Source: Sphyrna mokarran
Taxonomy: Eukaryota
Reading direction: 5' to 3'
Assembly (NCBI GenBank): GCA_024679065.1
Contig: JAGIQG010000006.1
Location: 85,064,001-85,128,000, forward strand
Length of the DNA stretch: 64,000 nucleotides
Position numbers and translations under genes: made by a program. Below the pieces are notes generated by a model, which saw nothing but the letters and a program-made list of their open reading frames with translations, made no database searches and was not told the origin of the DNA. Below, piece after piece: positions 1-11,784 of the stretch. Numbering within the stretch: the stretch's first letter is position 1; every line of letters begins with the position of its first letter.

Positions 1-263
1 AAGGGCAAGGGCAGCAAATGCATGGGAACATTACCATCTGCAAATTCCCCTTCAAACCATACAGCATCCTGACTTGGAACTCTATAGCAGTCCTTTTACT
101 GTCATTAAGACAACATCTCCCTCTCTAACAGCACTGTGGATTTACCTACACCACGTGTACTCCAACCGTGGCTCACTGCCACCTTCTCGAGGGCAAATAA
201 GAACAAACAATTAAAGTGTGCTAACTTAGCCAGTGACACCCATATTTGGTGGAAATAAAAAAA
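1..263 (+). mobile_element. 3' end of a decayed LINE (CR1/L2 group)
   Basis: Tail ...ccaccttctcgagggcaa...gccagtgacacccat plus A-rich end; related sequence at ~47770-47980 (+) and ~54030-54180 (-). Confidence 0.5.
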
Positions 264-1729
264 GGATGAATTGATTAAAATGTACACTGGAGCCCAAGTT
301 GAGCAATTTCTGAATGTAAATTTTAAATTACATTAGTTTTCCATTTACAGACTTCCCTGTTTCACAAAAGCAGTTTCTGGAAATCCTTATGGTTTTCTAC
401 CATTCTGAAATAAGCGATTTGAAGAGAATTTTTAATGTAAGTTTGCAGCTGTCTTTGGCCTATGTACCACAAGTCTAGTTACATTATTGTCCCTAAAGGC
501 AGTTAGACTTTTTAATTCACTTCATATTTTGCCTTGAGTTAAAGCAAAGACTTTTTGATTTACAGCTGCAAGAAGGGAATTTCAGTTTTTTTAACTGGTT
601 ACAATACAACCAATTCTTTACTAAAAGATCAGTTGAAAATGTTCTGGAATACATACCTGGCTGAAGCCCATTCAACAGTTATGCTGAAAATAAAGGAGCA
701 TATTTGTTCAAAGCATAAGTCAATTCAAATACAAATTGCAATGAAAAATGTTTTTCTTGGCTCCAGCTGATTTTAAATCCTCAGTTTCCTGGGACAACTA
801 TTCTCATTATAATGAAGCAACACATCTGCACATGAGAAAAGTGAAATTAAAATAATTCAGCACTGACTTCAGAGTCTCTTTGATGCATACTGGAAGAAAC
901 ATGGAACTCCAAACCCAATCTTACAAAGGGCTCATCACAGTCACACTGTCAACATTAGGCAATTTTAATCATCTGGGTGCAATTCCATAGGAGCTACTAG
1001 CCCTCTGATATCTTTCCCAAGTGAACGTTCTTTGTGTAAAGTCTGAGCAGTGAGTGTTGACAAGTTAATTGACTATGTCTAGAAGTATGTGTATTGTAGC
1101 CAAGCCTGAAGTTAGGACCAGATGTGATGAGAAAATATTAGTGAGGAAGGAACTGGTTTGAAAACTCTTATCTGTTTTAATTCAATTGCACTGGCATATC
1201 AAGTGAAAGTATTGTACTTTTTTCCTCTTTCTTCTATCTTTGATTTTCTTTTCATCCATTGCCTGCCTGTCTGCATTGTTCAGATGAACATTAGTTTATT
1301 ACAGACATTGCCCAGTTTCCATTTGCATTGATTTTGGACAGCTACGAACAGTTTTTTCAGTAATTTTGTCCCTGACTTATGCTGAAACTGGCGAAGCAAT
1401 AAACAACACTAAGTCCCTATACACCATGAAACTTGCAGATAAATTGGCTGTTTGAAAATTGGCTGCCATTTTTTAAAAAATCTGAAAATATTGGAAGCTG
1501 AAACAAATATAGAAATAGTGCAAAGTACACAGTGGATCAGTTAGTATCTAGAAAGGAAAAATTCAAGTCAGCCATCTGCTGGGTAAATTTTATGCAGTTG
1601 TGATTCAATTTTGCTTCTAATTGTTAATTTGGCAAATTGGCTATTAAATTAGCAGATGAAGAAAAAAGGGCTGGATTAATTTCAGACAATGTCATCACCG
1701 TGCTGTATAAGCAATTTGTCAAGGTTTTT

Positions 1730-2030
1730 AAGTTGGAAGAAAGCTGGGCTATTATCCTCGGCAAAAAGAAGACTTTATGGTGATCTAATTGAAATTTGCA
1801 GAACTATAAAGGAAATTGACAAAGTTGCACAGATGTTCACCTAAGATAAAAAGTTGAAATATCTGAGTTCACATATTTAAAACTGCCAATGTAGGAGTAA
1901 GAAGATAAATAAGTAATTTGTATGAAAGAGTAAGAGAAGAAATCATTGAAGTTAGATAGTTTAAATGAATCCTAAAGATAAAATGTTTATAGCGTGAAAA
2001 GATATTGAGGGCTATAATGAGAAGGCAGAT
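1730..2030 (+). mobile_element. Highly decayed CR1 LINE 3' fragment
   Basis: aagctgggctattatcctc...ggtgatctaattgaa resembles the CR1 ORF2 C-terminal LGLFSLE..R..GDLIE coding sequence seen intact at ~25340-25410. Confidence 0.5.
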
Positions 2031-2568
2031 AGCTCAGATTAAAACCATTCAGAAGTGGATAGACCTTTTTAATTAAGTTATTTTTTTCCCTAGAAACCCT
2101 TGCTTTGTTGTTCTGTTTTAAAATGCCTGAATAAGAAGAATGTGTACATTTTTGGTTGTCATGTGAGATTTATCACAATCCTGATCAGTGTCATTCATTG
2201 GATCTCAAGGATCTGCCGTGTGGACTCTTGCTCTGTTATTCAAGTGAGTTAGTAAGGACTGACATGGAGCTTAAATAATTTCTACAAATCAGAATTTTTG
2301 ACATCAACAGTGGTCACCAAATACCTTGTTTTCAACATGAAGCCATCTAACAATGCCTGTTACCAGTGCAATGGAAATCAGATGTCTGTGGAAATCATGC
2401 CTATGTGAACACAGGAAGTATCTGTCATGAGCACTGTATAGATCAATAACTTTTAAGTTGTTTGAATTCCCAATGATCAACTGAAAGGAGCCTCACATAA
2501 AAAATTCACATTTTAAAACTTTTACTGTAACAACAAACATAAAAGCAACATTGACTAAAGTCAGTGAG

Positions 2569-2761
2569 GTGGAGATGCCGGCGTTGGACTGTGGTGGGCC
2601 CAGTAAGAAGTCTCAGAACACCAGGTTAAAGTCCAAAAGGTTTATTTGGAATCGCGAGCTTTCGGAATGCTGCCCCTTCACCTGATGGAGGAGCAGAACT
2701 CCCAAAGCTTGTAATTCCAAATAAACTGTTGGGCTTTAACTGGTGTTCTGAGACTTCTTAC
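2569..2761. mobile_element. Palindromic Penelope-derived mini-element with decayed hammerhead motif
   Basis: Arms gtaagaagtctcagaacacca (2603) and tggtgttctgagacttcttac (2761) are reverse complements; same terminus as the PLE at 31119-32650; centre cctgatggaggagcagaactcccaaagc. Confidence 0.8.
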
Positions 2762-4096
2762 AATATTTAGTGGGCAATTAATGTACTAAGCTAGAGAAAG
2801 AATATCCCCCCTTTAATTTTTAACATGACCAAAAACCCAACACCACAGTTATACTTTACATCTGGCAGTCTGTAAAATAATAGATTTTACAAGAACCATT
2901 CCAACATCATTCACAAGTTCGAGTTGATTACTTTCTACCCATTTAGTTGAGTTGCAATATCAAGTGACTCTTAAAAAGTGGTTCTCTCAGTCTTTGGAGT
3001 ATTTCTAAACTGCCAGCAATAATGTCCACGATTCTATCCTTCCTGTCCATCCACGATGTATCCTCAGGATTTTTTCAATTGCTGCAGGATGCATCTCTTC
3101 AGGCAGAGGCTCCCTTTCCTCCTGCATTCTATTTGGTAATCCACACTATCCTTGCTACTGATCACACTTGTTGCAGTCCTTTATCTCCCTATGAGGCCTC
3201 CCTCTTTCTCTCTCTTTCCACCAAAATTTTAGAGATTGAGATCTGTATTTCCACCAAGTTAGGGTAATCCATGAGCCATTTAAAAATGTGGACAGGTCCC
3301 AATTTCAGCATTCCCAACCCCATTAATGGGCAGTTCAATTTTCTAGCGTGCCTTTAAAGGATGCAGTCTGATTCCTGTCAGAGGGCAGTATCTAGCACTC
3401 CCAATCTGACCAGCTCCATTGCAGAGATACATATTTCTCCACAATTTTCATGGAGTCAGGCCAAATTTTTAGCAGAGTTCATAGCTCATATCATAGTTCA
3501 TGGTCCCATAGAGGAGTTATGAACCAATCTGCAGGAGAGGACTGTTCAAAACGTCCCTCTCATGATCCCTGTGTCAATTTACACCCTACCTACCGCCTAT
3601 ATCCTTTCATGTCCGCTGTGCTTGACTCTGCCCTTCCACACATCCCCCAGGCTCCTCAATTCCTCAATATAGGCTCTACCCTTCCACCCACTCCTTCGTC
3701 ATTCCTCTAGTTTACGTTGAATTAAAGAGACAGCATCAAAACATAATTACCTTATGAAAACTTCCATTTATAACATATCTCCTTATCCAATCAAATTGAA
3801 GAATTGTGAAACTAATAGTGCAAGTAATGAAAAAGAAGTGCAGATTCAAGTCAGTGAATTTAAGTAAAATCAGGAAAAGAAAGAGAAAAAAGGAGGAAGA
3901 TTGGATTAAGCGAGAGAGAAAAGAGAGGAGAGATTGGATGAAGATAGAGAAAAAGACAGAAAGGAAAAAATAAATAAATTTTATGTTCCTAAAAACTTCA
4001 ACACCAATTAACACCCGAAAGAATGAGATTTCATTATTGTAGTAGTTAATTTTCAATGCCACAGGCATTGACTAACAATAATAAGCGATTATCACC

Positions 4097-4394
4097 GGAT
4101 GGTACCGTGCTTAGCGGTGCTGCCTCACAGGGCCAGGAACTTGGGTTTGATTTCTGACTTGGGTACTATCTATGCAGAGTCTGTACGTTCTCCCCGTGTC
4201 TGTATGGGCTTCCTCCGAATGCTCTGGTTTCCTTTCACAAGTCCTAAAGACGTGTTGTTAGAGTGCTTTGGCCATGCTAAATTCTCCTCAATGTACCTGA
4301 TCAGGTGCTGGAATGTGGCAGCTAGGGGATTTTCACAATAATTTCATTGCAATGTTAATGTAATTCTACTTGATTCATCAATAAATAAACTTTA
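4097..4394 (+). mobile_element. HE1-like tRNA-derived V-SINE, tail type B
   Basis: tgctgcctcacag head, ttctccccgtgtctgtatgggcttcctcc core, tail ggggattttcaca..cattgcaatgttaatgtaa..aataaataaacttt. Confidence 0.75.
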
Positions 4395-4694
4395 AGAGAA
4401 TGCTTAGTTTAAAATGGACAAAATGGTACTTTCTGCAGTGAGTTTAATTTGTACATACCATTCAAACACCTCAATTCCCTGCCATTAAATGTATTTCAAT
4501 AGTGAGTTAGCCCAGCACGCTGTTGTTTTAATGAAGTTATGGCAGTGTTGTGCCTCTCAGATAGCAACTTTTGGATTTCCACTTCTAACAGCACTATTTC
4601 ACTTGCCTGAAGTTGCTGTAACATTTTCATCAATAACAGTGAGTGCTATTCATTTCATAATTATTTTGATATCAAACAGTGGCCCATTATTTGA

Positions 4695-4887
4695 TACAAA
4701 AACAGAAAATGCTGAAAATATTCAATAGGTCTGGCGGTGTCCGTGAAGTGCAAAACAGACATTTGAGTCGTATTGGACATGAAACATCAGCCCTGTATCT
4801 TTCCCCGCATGTACTGTCAGACTTGCTGTATTTTTAGCACTTTGTTTGTATTTCAAATTTCCAGTATCCACTATATTTTGCTTTTAT
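4695..4887. mobile_element. Decayed palindromic element, second PLE-like terminus family
   Basis: aaaacagaaaatgctgaaaata...tatttttagcactttgtttg form imperfect inverted arms, with tail tttcaaatttccagtatccactatattttgctttt; related to 48018-48350 and ~60100-60400. Confidence 0.6.
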
Positions 4888-5009
4888 GTCCATTATTTGA
4901 TGTTGTGAACAAGAAAGATTGAATTCTTCATACACATACTAACATCACAAAAGCAACCCTTCCAAATCACACATTTAAAAATGGAAGTTAAACTATCCTG
5001 TTGGATTTG

Positions 5010-5385
5010 TGGATAAATGCATAGCCTTGCATGATATTATGTTATACAGACAACAAAGGTCCTGGGTTTGATTCCCAAACACGACTGAGCTAGCTGATCT
5101 TAGTTGACAGTAAGAGTGTTACAATTGGTAACAAAACCATTTGGCTATGAAGGGGGAAAATGTTAGGCAAAGTACCCACTCTGTCTTTACTATCCAGTGA
5201 CCCACGCTGAGAAGTATGCATGTTGGTGAAGACAAATCAGACTTGGTTTTGATGCAATACACCAGCCAGCGCTCAGTGTCTAGACTCAAATGTAAAAAAT
5301 GGTCACTTGGGAAAGATATTGGAGGCCTGCCAGCACATTTGAAATCATACCCCAGAATGAGTCAGCACCTTCAGGAAAGGAGAGA
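5010..5385 (+). mobile_element. Old tRNA-derived SINE-like element
   Basis: B-box-like ggtcctgggtttgattccc at ~5058-5076 followed by a ~300 nt body; family not identified. Confidence 0.4.
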
Positions 5386-5444
5386 ATAAAATGGGAACTT
5401 ATGAGAAACTTCACTCTGTTCTCAATTGCTTTGTCTTTTTGCAG

Positions 5445-5564
5445 ATGTGAACGAATGTGATGGAAGCCACAGGTGCCAGCACGGTTGTCAGAACATGCTG
5501 GGAGGTTACAGGTGCAGCTGTCCTCAAGGCTACATACAGCACTATCAGTGGAACCAGTGTGTTG
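5445..5564 (+). CDS. FBN2: Fibrillin-2 internal exon (one cbEGF domain); upstream exons lie outside the window
   Basis: Acceptor ttgtctttttgcag and donor GTTG|gtgagc; 120 nt, phase 1 to 1; encodes [40 protein letters not shown], the fibrillin cbEGF containing the QHYQWNQC motif. Confidence 0.95.
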
Positions 5565-6761
5565 GTGAGCATCATAGGGATGCCAGTATTAATACTGTTT
5601 TCTGTAGATGCAGGAAGTCTGCATTTCTATTATTTAAATTATAACTACTTATATCAGCACAAAAAATCTTTCAACATGTAAAATAACATGAAGCATTTAT
5701 TTTTCTACTAAATTGAATTGGCTAGTGTAGTTTATTAAAGAATTATATAAAAGATGGCTTCCTGGCTTTGTAATGTCATAGAAAGTGATGATTTTCATCA
5801 CATTAAGTTTAGCCTGAGGGTCAACTTTAAATATTCAGTTCTTCCCCACAGTTTTGAGAGATGAATGTTGTGGCTTGATTATATTTGCTTTATTGAGAGG
5901 TACAAAAATTTGTAATAGGAGATTTTACCTGTGGTGTCTTATATCATTTAATACATTAAATGTAAGGTGGATGGGAAGAATGTGTTACCTTGGGTTTCTG
6001 AGCATTTATTCCATTAATGAAAAAAAAAATTGCATTTTTTTAAAATTAAATGTTAGTGACCCTTCTTTCTTTTTGTCTATTTCTCTTGATTCAGTCAAAT
6101 CTTGGTTCACAAGTCATTTTTTGTAGTTCAGTTGAATTAATTCCACCTATCTTCATGGAAATTTTAATGTGGACTGAATGAACAAAACAAAACTAATTTT
6201 TAATGTAGAATCTACCACAAGCAAAATTGTCATTACTTTGATCTGTTTTGGATGTGTTTCTCCTAACTTTATAGACTTCACTGCATAACTGGGATTTGGT
6301 GGGTAAGGGGTCTTTGGGAGGGAGGATATGATGGCTAACAGGGTCCATACTGAAACAAAATGGATTATACAAAAATTGAAGACAATTTTTTTTGGCGAGA
6401 AGCCTGCTTGAATTAGATTTGTAAGTAATATCAGTTCTGCTATCAGGCCAGGAAAAAAAATCTTGTGCCTTAATCATTTTCTGTGCTTTCATGTTATTGA
6501 AAACCCAACTGGTAAGTAGTTTCTTAAATTTGCTATACTAGTACCAGATGTTGAGCAGCCTGCTACGTTTCTAGCAAATAAAACCATAATTAGCTCAAAT
6601 GGTTGTTTCACTTTACTAGGCAGAGTTAACAAAAATTAGCTAAATATGAAGTATTCCTCCATCAAGGAAATTCTATTCAGCTGTGATGCATTACCATGTT
6701 ATTTGTGATAACATAGTTTGGCTAATCAGCCATTCCAGCAGCATTCCTTCACAATTTGTGT

Positions 6762-7125
6762 TCATTCATTCATGGATTGTGGTCTTCGCTGGTCATTGAA
6801 AATGTTGTGGTGAGCCACTTTTTTGAGTGAAACTGGGTGGTTTGGTAGACCATGTCAGAGGGCAGTTAAGAGTCAACCACGTTGCTGTGGGTCTGGAGTC
6901 AGAGCAGGTAAAACAGCAGGTTTCCTTCCCTGGAGGACATTAATGAACCAGATGTATTTTTATAACAATCCTGCAGTTTCATGGTCATCAACTGCTACTA
7001 GCTTATTCCAGATTTATTTAATTAAGCAAGTTTTAATTCCCCAGCTGCCACGGTAGGATTGAAACTAGTATTTCCAAATCATTATTGCAGACCTTTGGAT
7101 TACTTGCCTAGTAACAGAACCAATA
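6762..7125 (-). mobile_element. tRNA-derived SINE with LINE-like tail (family 2)
   Basis: agagggcagttaagagtcaaccac..gtgggtctggagtc..ggacattaatgaaccagatg; homologous to 9781-10148 (+) and to the split copy at 31045/32651. Confidence 0.7.
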
Positions 7126-7229
7126 TTCTTTGGTTAGCATATATGCCTGAATAGATTACAGCTTTTTCTGTGATTGAGTCAATTGAAGATTAGAGACTAC
7201 ACAAAACAGCAAGATTAAGAAATTGGCAT

Positions 7230-8050
7230 AAATATGGGTGCAGATATTTGTATGAGAGAGGGGTTAAGGTAAGACAGGAAGGTAGTGAATTCAAAAGATG
7301 GAGGGCATGGTGTGTTGAAGTGGAAATTAAAATCATTGAGGATGAAAGATTGCTCACTGCAGAGACTGAAGGAAGGCAAGCTAGAGAGATGGAATAAGGT
7401 TGTGCTCAAAGAAGAGGGTTCAAGAGTAGTAGGGGAACAGATCAAGGTGAGATTTGGTAAGAACGGTCACATCACCAATGCAGTTGTTTGATCATGACAG
7501 ATGATGAAAGAATAACCAGGTGGAGAGGCTTCACTAAGGTGGAAGGAGAGCCATATTTCAATAAAGGTCATAATATCAATACAATTATTAACAATATGAC
7601 TATAGTCTTGTTAGAAATGAACAGACATTTTAAAGAGAGACAAGAAATGGATAATGATTGCTGATCCAATGAAAGAAATCATGGATTCTGCAATAAGAGG
7701 AATGTGCAGGACTTCAGAGGTTGGCAAGGATCTTTCCTAATGGACATGCCATTTCGGGAGTTTAGGAGAGTAAGATGAAGATGTTGCGTTTGCTCCTCTT
7801 AAGGATCCGAGAAAGAAGATATAAAAAGAGACAGAATTGGGTTACAGGAAAATGTGGAGGCAAGGGAGAGAGACTGATGAAAAGAAAAAGGAGGAAGGTA
7901 GAAATGATGGACTAGATTTTGGAACATTAACCAGAATGTATGGGACAGAAGGAAATTTGGGTTAAACAAACATGGTAATATTAAGATAGGAAGATCCTGG
8001 TTATAAATGGAGAGTAGAGAGAAGACAATAGTTGAAGTCAGAGATCCCAT
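7230..8050 (-). mobile_element. Decayed L2-like LINE fragments
   Basis: ORF 7215-7445 contains ILNDFNFH (endonuclease GDFN-like motif); the purine-rich + strand is typical of antisense L2. Confidence 0.4.
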
Positions 8051-8220
8051 ATATACAGCCAGTTAACATATTCAGCAGTTAACCTCTTAGATGTCAAAGC
8101 CAAAACATCTGTTATCTGCATGATGCAAAAGTTCCCAGGCAAATTGCCTATTTAAAAAAAAGAAATAGGAGCTGGAATAGGCCATTTGGCACTTTGAGTT
8201 GCTCTACTGTTAAATAACAT

Positions 8221-8349
8221 GGGCTAGAATTTTACCACCCCACCTGCCTGGCAGGATATTACAGCCCTGTTGAACTAAACACCAATTTAAATGATCTGTC
8301 ATATCCTGCAGCGGGTGACATGCTGTGACAGGGCCATACAATCCTGACC
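8221..8349. mobile_element. Short MITE-like element (Harbinger-type termini)
   Basis: Starts gggctagaattttacc and ends atcctgacc; similar termini at 33352, 37530, 48363 and 62124. Confidence 0.4.
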
Positions 8350-9029
8350 ATGGAAGCTGATCAACTTGCACTACATCCTGCCAAGCTCATAGGGAGGCCA
8401 CAAGAATTTATTGGCTCAATTGACCCAAATGTGGGGAAAACTACTCACCACTTACCTTTCTACTGGCAAAATCTGAGTGAGAAGGAATGTGACAAGTATG
8501 ACAGCACTGCTATCCCACTCAATTTTATGTCCCTATTTGACAGCCCTGCTATCCCACCCAATCTTACTTCCCTATTTGCTCCGTTGGGGCATAAAATTCT
8601 GGGCTATCTGTTTCAATGCAATCACGTCTCTTTCTCCAATACTAGGGAATTTAGGGCTATTCAATCTCTCTTCCTAGGACAAATCCTCTCATTCTGATGA
8701 ATCTTTGGTTAGCCTTCCTTCAGTCAGAAAATTAAATTGTATATATTACTCCAGTGCCAGAATTGAACGCTTCCCCGTCGTGAGTTCAGAGGTGGTCATG
8801 GGTGAGACGAAGTATAAAATTTCATGGACTGGACTCCCTCAGAGATCCTGTATGCCCTGACTTGGTCATAATTTTACAACGGGGTCTTGGATGGGAAGCC
8901 TAACTTTGCTCCATTAAGGCTCATAAGTGATTACTAATTTTGCTAATTATAATAAAGTTATCATGCCCCTAATAAAGGATTCTTGTATTTTCAACACAAT
9001 TGATGTTAACAATCTACTGTTTGGTGTTT

Positions 9030-10270
9030 TCTTTCTCCTTTCTTGAATAGCAGAGTTACATTTGCTTTCTTCCAATACAGAAGTACCAATCCAAAATCCA
9101 GACAATTTTGGAAAATCAAAACAAATGAATCTCCTATCCCTGAAACCATCTATTTAGGTCTAGGCAATTTGTCAGATTTATCCCCAATATCCCCATACTT
9201 AAAAGCTTGTAAGATGCCTTAAGCATCTTATTTTCACCTGACCCTTGACTCAGCCACTATTTACTGAATATTTTCTTTTTGTCTCCTACTAAGAAGATCA
9301 GTACAACTTATTTGTTTAACGACTCTGTCATTTCCTTATTCCGCATTATAAGTTCTCCTGGCTCTGCATATTTGCTATATTTGCCTTCTCTAATATCTTT
9401 TCACAAACCTATTGAAATGTCTACAATTTTTTACATGCCTTTAGCTAATTTACTCTCAGAACCTGTATTCACTTCCTTGGTCAACATCTTCATTATCATT
9501 TGCTGTATTTTCAAATCTTCAGGTATACTATTCTTTTTGGTAACATTAAATAAACTTCTTCCATTAATTTCATACTATCTTTGAACTCATTCTTAGTTTC
9601 AGTTGGACCAGTTTCCTGTGGAATTTTTATTATTTAAGGGAATGTTATTTGTAGTTTTAAAAAAAAAACTTTTTAAATATTTACAATTGCTTATCTATTA
9701 TCATATCTTTTCACTTAGCTTCCTAATTAATCTACTTTAAACAACTCATCCTTTATGTTCAAACAGTTTATTTTGCTTCAGATAGTAAGATAGTCATTGT
9801 GTTACTGGATTACTACTCAAAGTGTGGATTTACAATTCAGAGACATGAATTTAAATTCCACTGAATATTTTAAATTTAATTAATTAGTAAAGAATAATAA
9901 AGAAATCTGGAATCAAAAGCTATTATATCAGTAACAATTGGATTGTTGTAAAAACCTACCTAGTTTATGAACGCACTTTTAGGGAGGATTTGGTTTATTC
10001 TATATGTAATTCGAGATCCAGTTTAATGTAATTGTCTTTTAACTGCTTATTGAATTGGCCTAAGCAGCCATTCAGTTAAGGGCAATTAGGAATGGGTAAT
10101 AAATGCTGATCTTATTAGCCAAACACCCACCTCATGAATTATTAAAAATCTTAACTGAATCACTGTCAATCTCAATATAAATTCCATTATATTATGTTGA
10201 TTCATTGGCCTCTTAACATATTGATCTGAAAAACTATTTTGTATGCATTCTACGAATTTGTCCACCATAC
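9030..10270 (-). mobile_element. Old CR1 LINE remnants, interrupted by a SINE
   Basis: cctttcttgaatagcagagttacatttgc..tccaat (antisense of DW..ANVT..FKKG); ORF 10086-10268 KFVECIQNSFSDQYV resembles the CR1 endonuclease. Confidence 0.5.
9781..10148 (+). mobile_element. tRNA-derived SINE family 2
   Basis: aaatctggaatcaaaagc..ttgttgtaaaaacc..aagggcaattaggaatgggtaataaatgctg tail. Confidence 0.65.
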
Positions 10271-10741
10271 GATTACTGAAAACTTGAGATGCCCTGTTAC
10301 ATGCATAATAGGACTGTAAACCTATTCATGAATATTCAAGAAAAAATAGACACTTCACATGTCTATTGAATTAACAGGCTCTCACAATGAAACAAACCAT
10401 TTATTCCAATCAAAGGAATAGATAAATGAAGGCCTGGAATTTGTCTCACGCACTTCTCAGCACATGGGAAGCATCTTTCCCTAGATCTAAATGGTGAAAC
10501 TAGGATTTCCAGATATTGAACCTCAGATTTCTGCATATTGAATCCTGTAAAGTATCACAGCCCACTGGTGAAAAGTTGTGAAAGATTGGGTCGCTTTTTG
10601 TGTAGCAGCAGCTCTGAGCAAAAGGGATCTCCAGAATTCAGGACTGTTACGGGGAATCGGGCTGATCAGGTTTAAACATCAGAGCAGACAAGTTTTTGTT
10701 ATAATTTACCAATGATCCAAGTGTTGCATCTTTATATTTAG

Positions 10742-10973
10742 ATGAGAACGAATGCTCCAATCCAGCTTCTTGTGGATCTGCAACCTGCTACAACACACTT
10801 GGCAGCTACAAATGTGCCTGCCCTTCTGGCTATAACTTTGACGAGTTTGCCAGTAGTTGTCATGATGTGAATGAATGTTCATCCTACAAGAATCCATGCT
10901 CATATGGCTGCTCAAACACAGAAGGAGGCTATCTCTGTGGCTGCCCACCTGGATATTACAGAGTAGGACAAGG
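10742..10973 (+). CDS. FBN2: Fibrillin-2 exon encoding the last two cbEGF domains (absent from the ORF track)
   Basis: Acceptor ctttatatttag and donor CAAGG|gtaaga; 232 nt, phase 1 to 2; translates [78 protein letters not shown], very close to mammalian FBN2 as I recall it. Confidence 0.95.
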
Positions 10974-11510
10974 GTAAGACCGCAGCTGCTATTGCATTAT
11001 TCATCAAACCAGGTAAAATATGGATAAGGTGGAACTTAAAGTCATTTTCCATCATTGTATTGTTTGTTTGTATCTCTTACACATGCTTCTTCTCAAACTC
11101 AGTGGATGGGATCTTTTTGTCTATGAAATGTTCTTCCACTGTGGATAGATGCAAGTCTACAACTGCCTTAATAATGTTGGGATCTTCCTGGAGACAGCAC
11201 ATAAGAACCCTCCAGTGGGAGTGCCATCCAGTTAAGGACAACAGTCTGACAAGGGAATCAACAAGCAATGAGACCGTCCAGAACAGTATCCTGCCAACAG
11301 GCTGGACAGAAGAAATGGGCACTTCTGCGGCAGGTAGCAGAGAGTGGTTCAGAATGGAGAGGGGCAAAGATCGCCTGAGCCCTACAAAGGAGATGGTTCT
11401 CTGCATCACAGGGCCAGTTGCAATAGGACCTGTTGTACCCAGTGTTGCTCAGAACATTAAAGATAATAATCTGCTCCTGCCATATTTATAGAATAAAACC
11501 TTTGTTTATG

Positions 11511-11784
11511 ATAGAATCCCGCATGTACAAAAGGAGGCAGTTCAGTCCATGAAGTCTGCACCGCCTCTCCAACAGAGCATATTACCGAGACCCACACCCC
11601 TGCCCTATCCCACATAAGTGCCATGCTAATTCCCCCAACCTACACATCTAAGGGATAATTCAGCATGGCCAATCCATCTAATCTGTACATCTTTGGGAGG
11701 AAACCCAAGCGGACATGGGGAGAATGCACAAACCCTATATGGACAGTCACCATATATGCAAACCACTGTGCCACTATGTTGTCC
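11511..11784 (-). mobile_element. HE1-like V-SINE, CR1-type tail A
   Basis: atagaatccc..aaaggaggc tail; agcatggccaatccatctaa..ggggagaatgcacaaac core; aaccactgtgccac head (all antisense). Confidence 0.8.

Noticed and set aside
3830-3975. GA-rich purine tract producing a hydrophobic 110-aa antisense ORF
   Set aside because: Low-complexity composition explains the F/L/S-rich ORF.
11060-11491. 143-aa and 110-aa overlapping ORFs in an FBN2 intron
   Set aside because: No recognisable domain or splice structure; probably chance ORFs or decayed transposon sequence.
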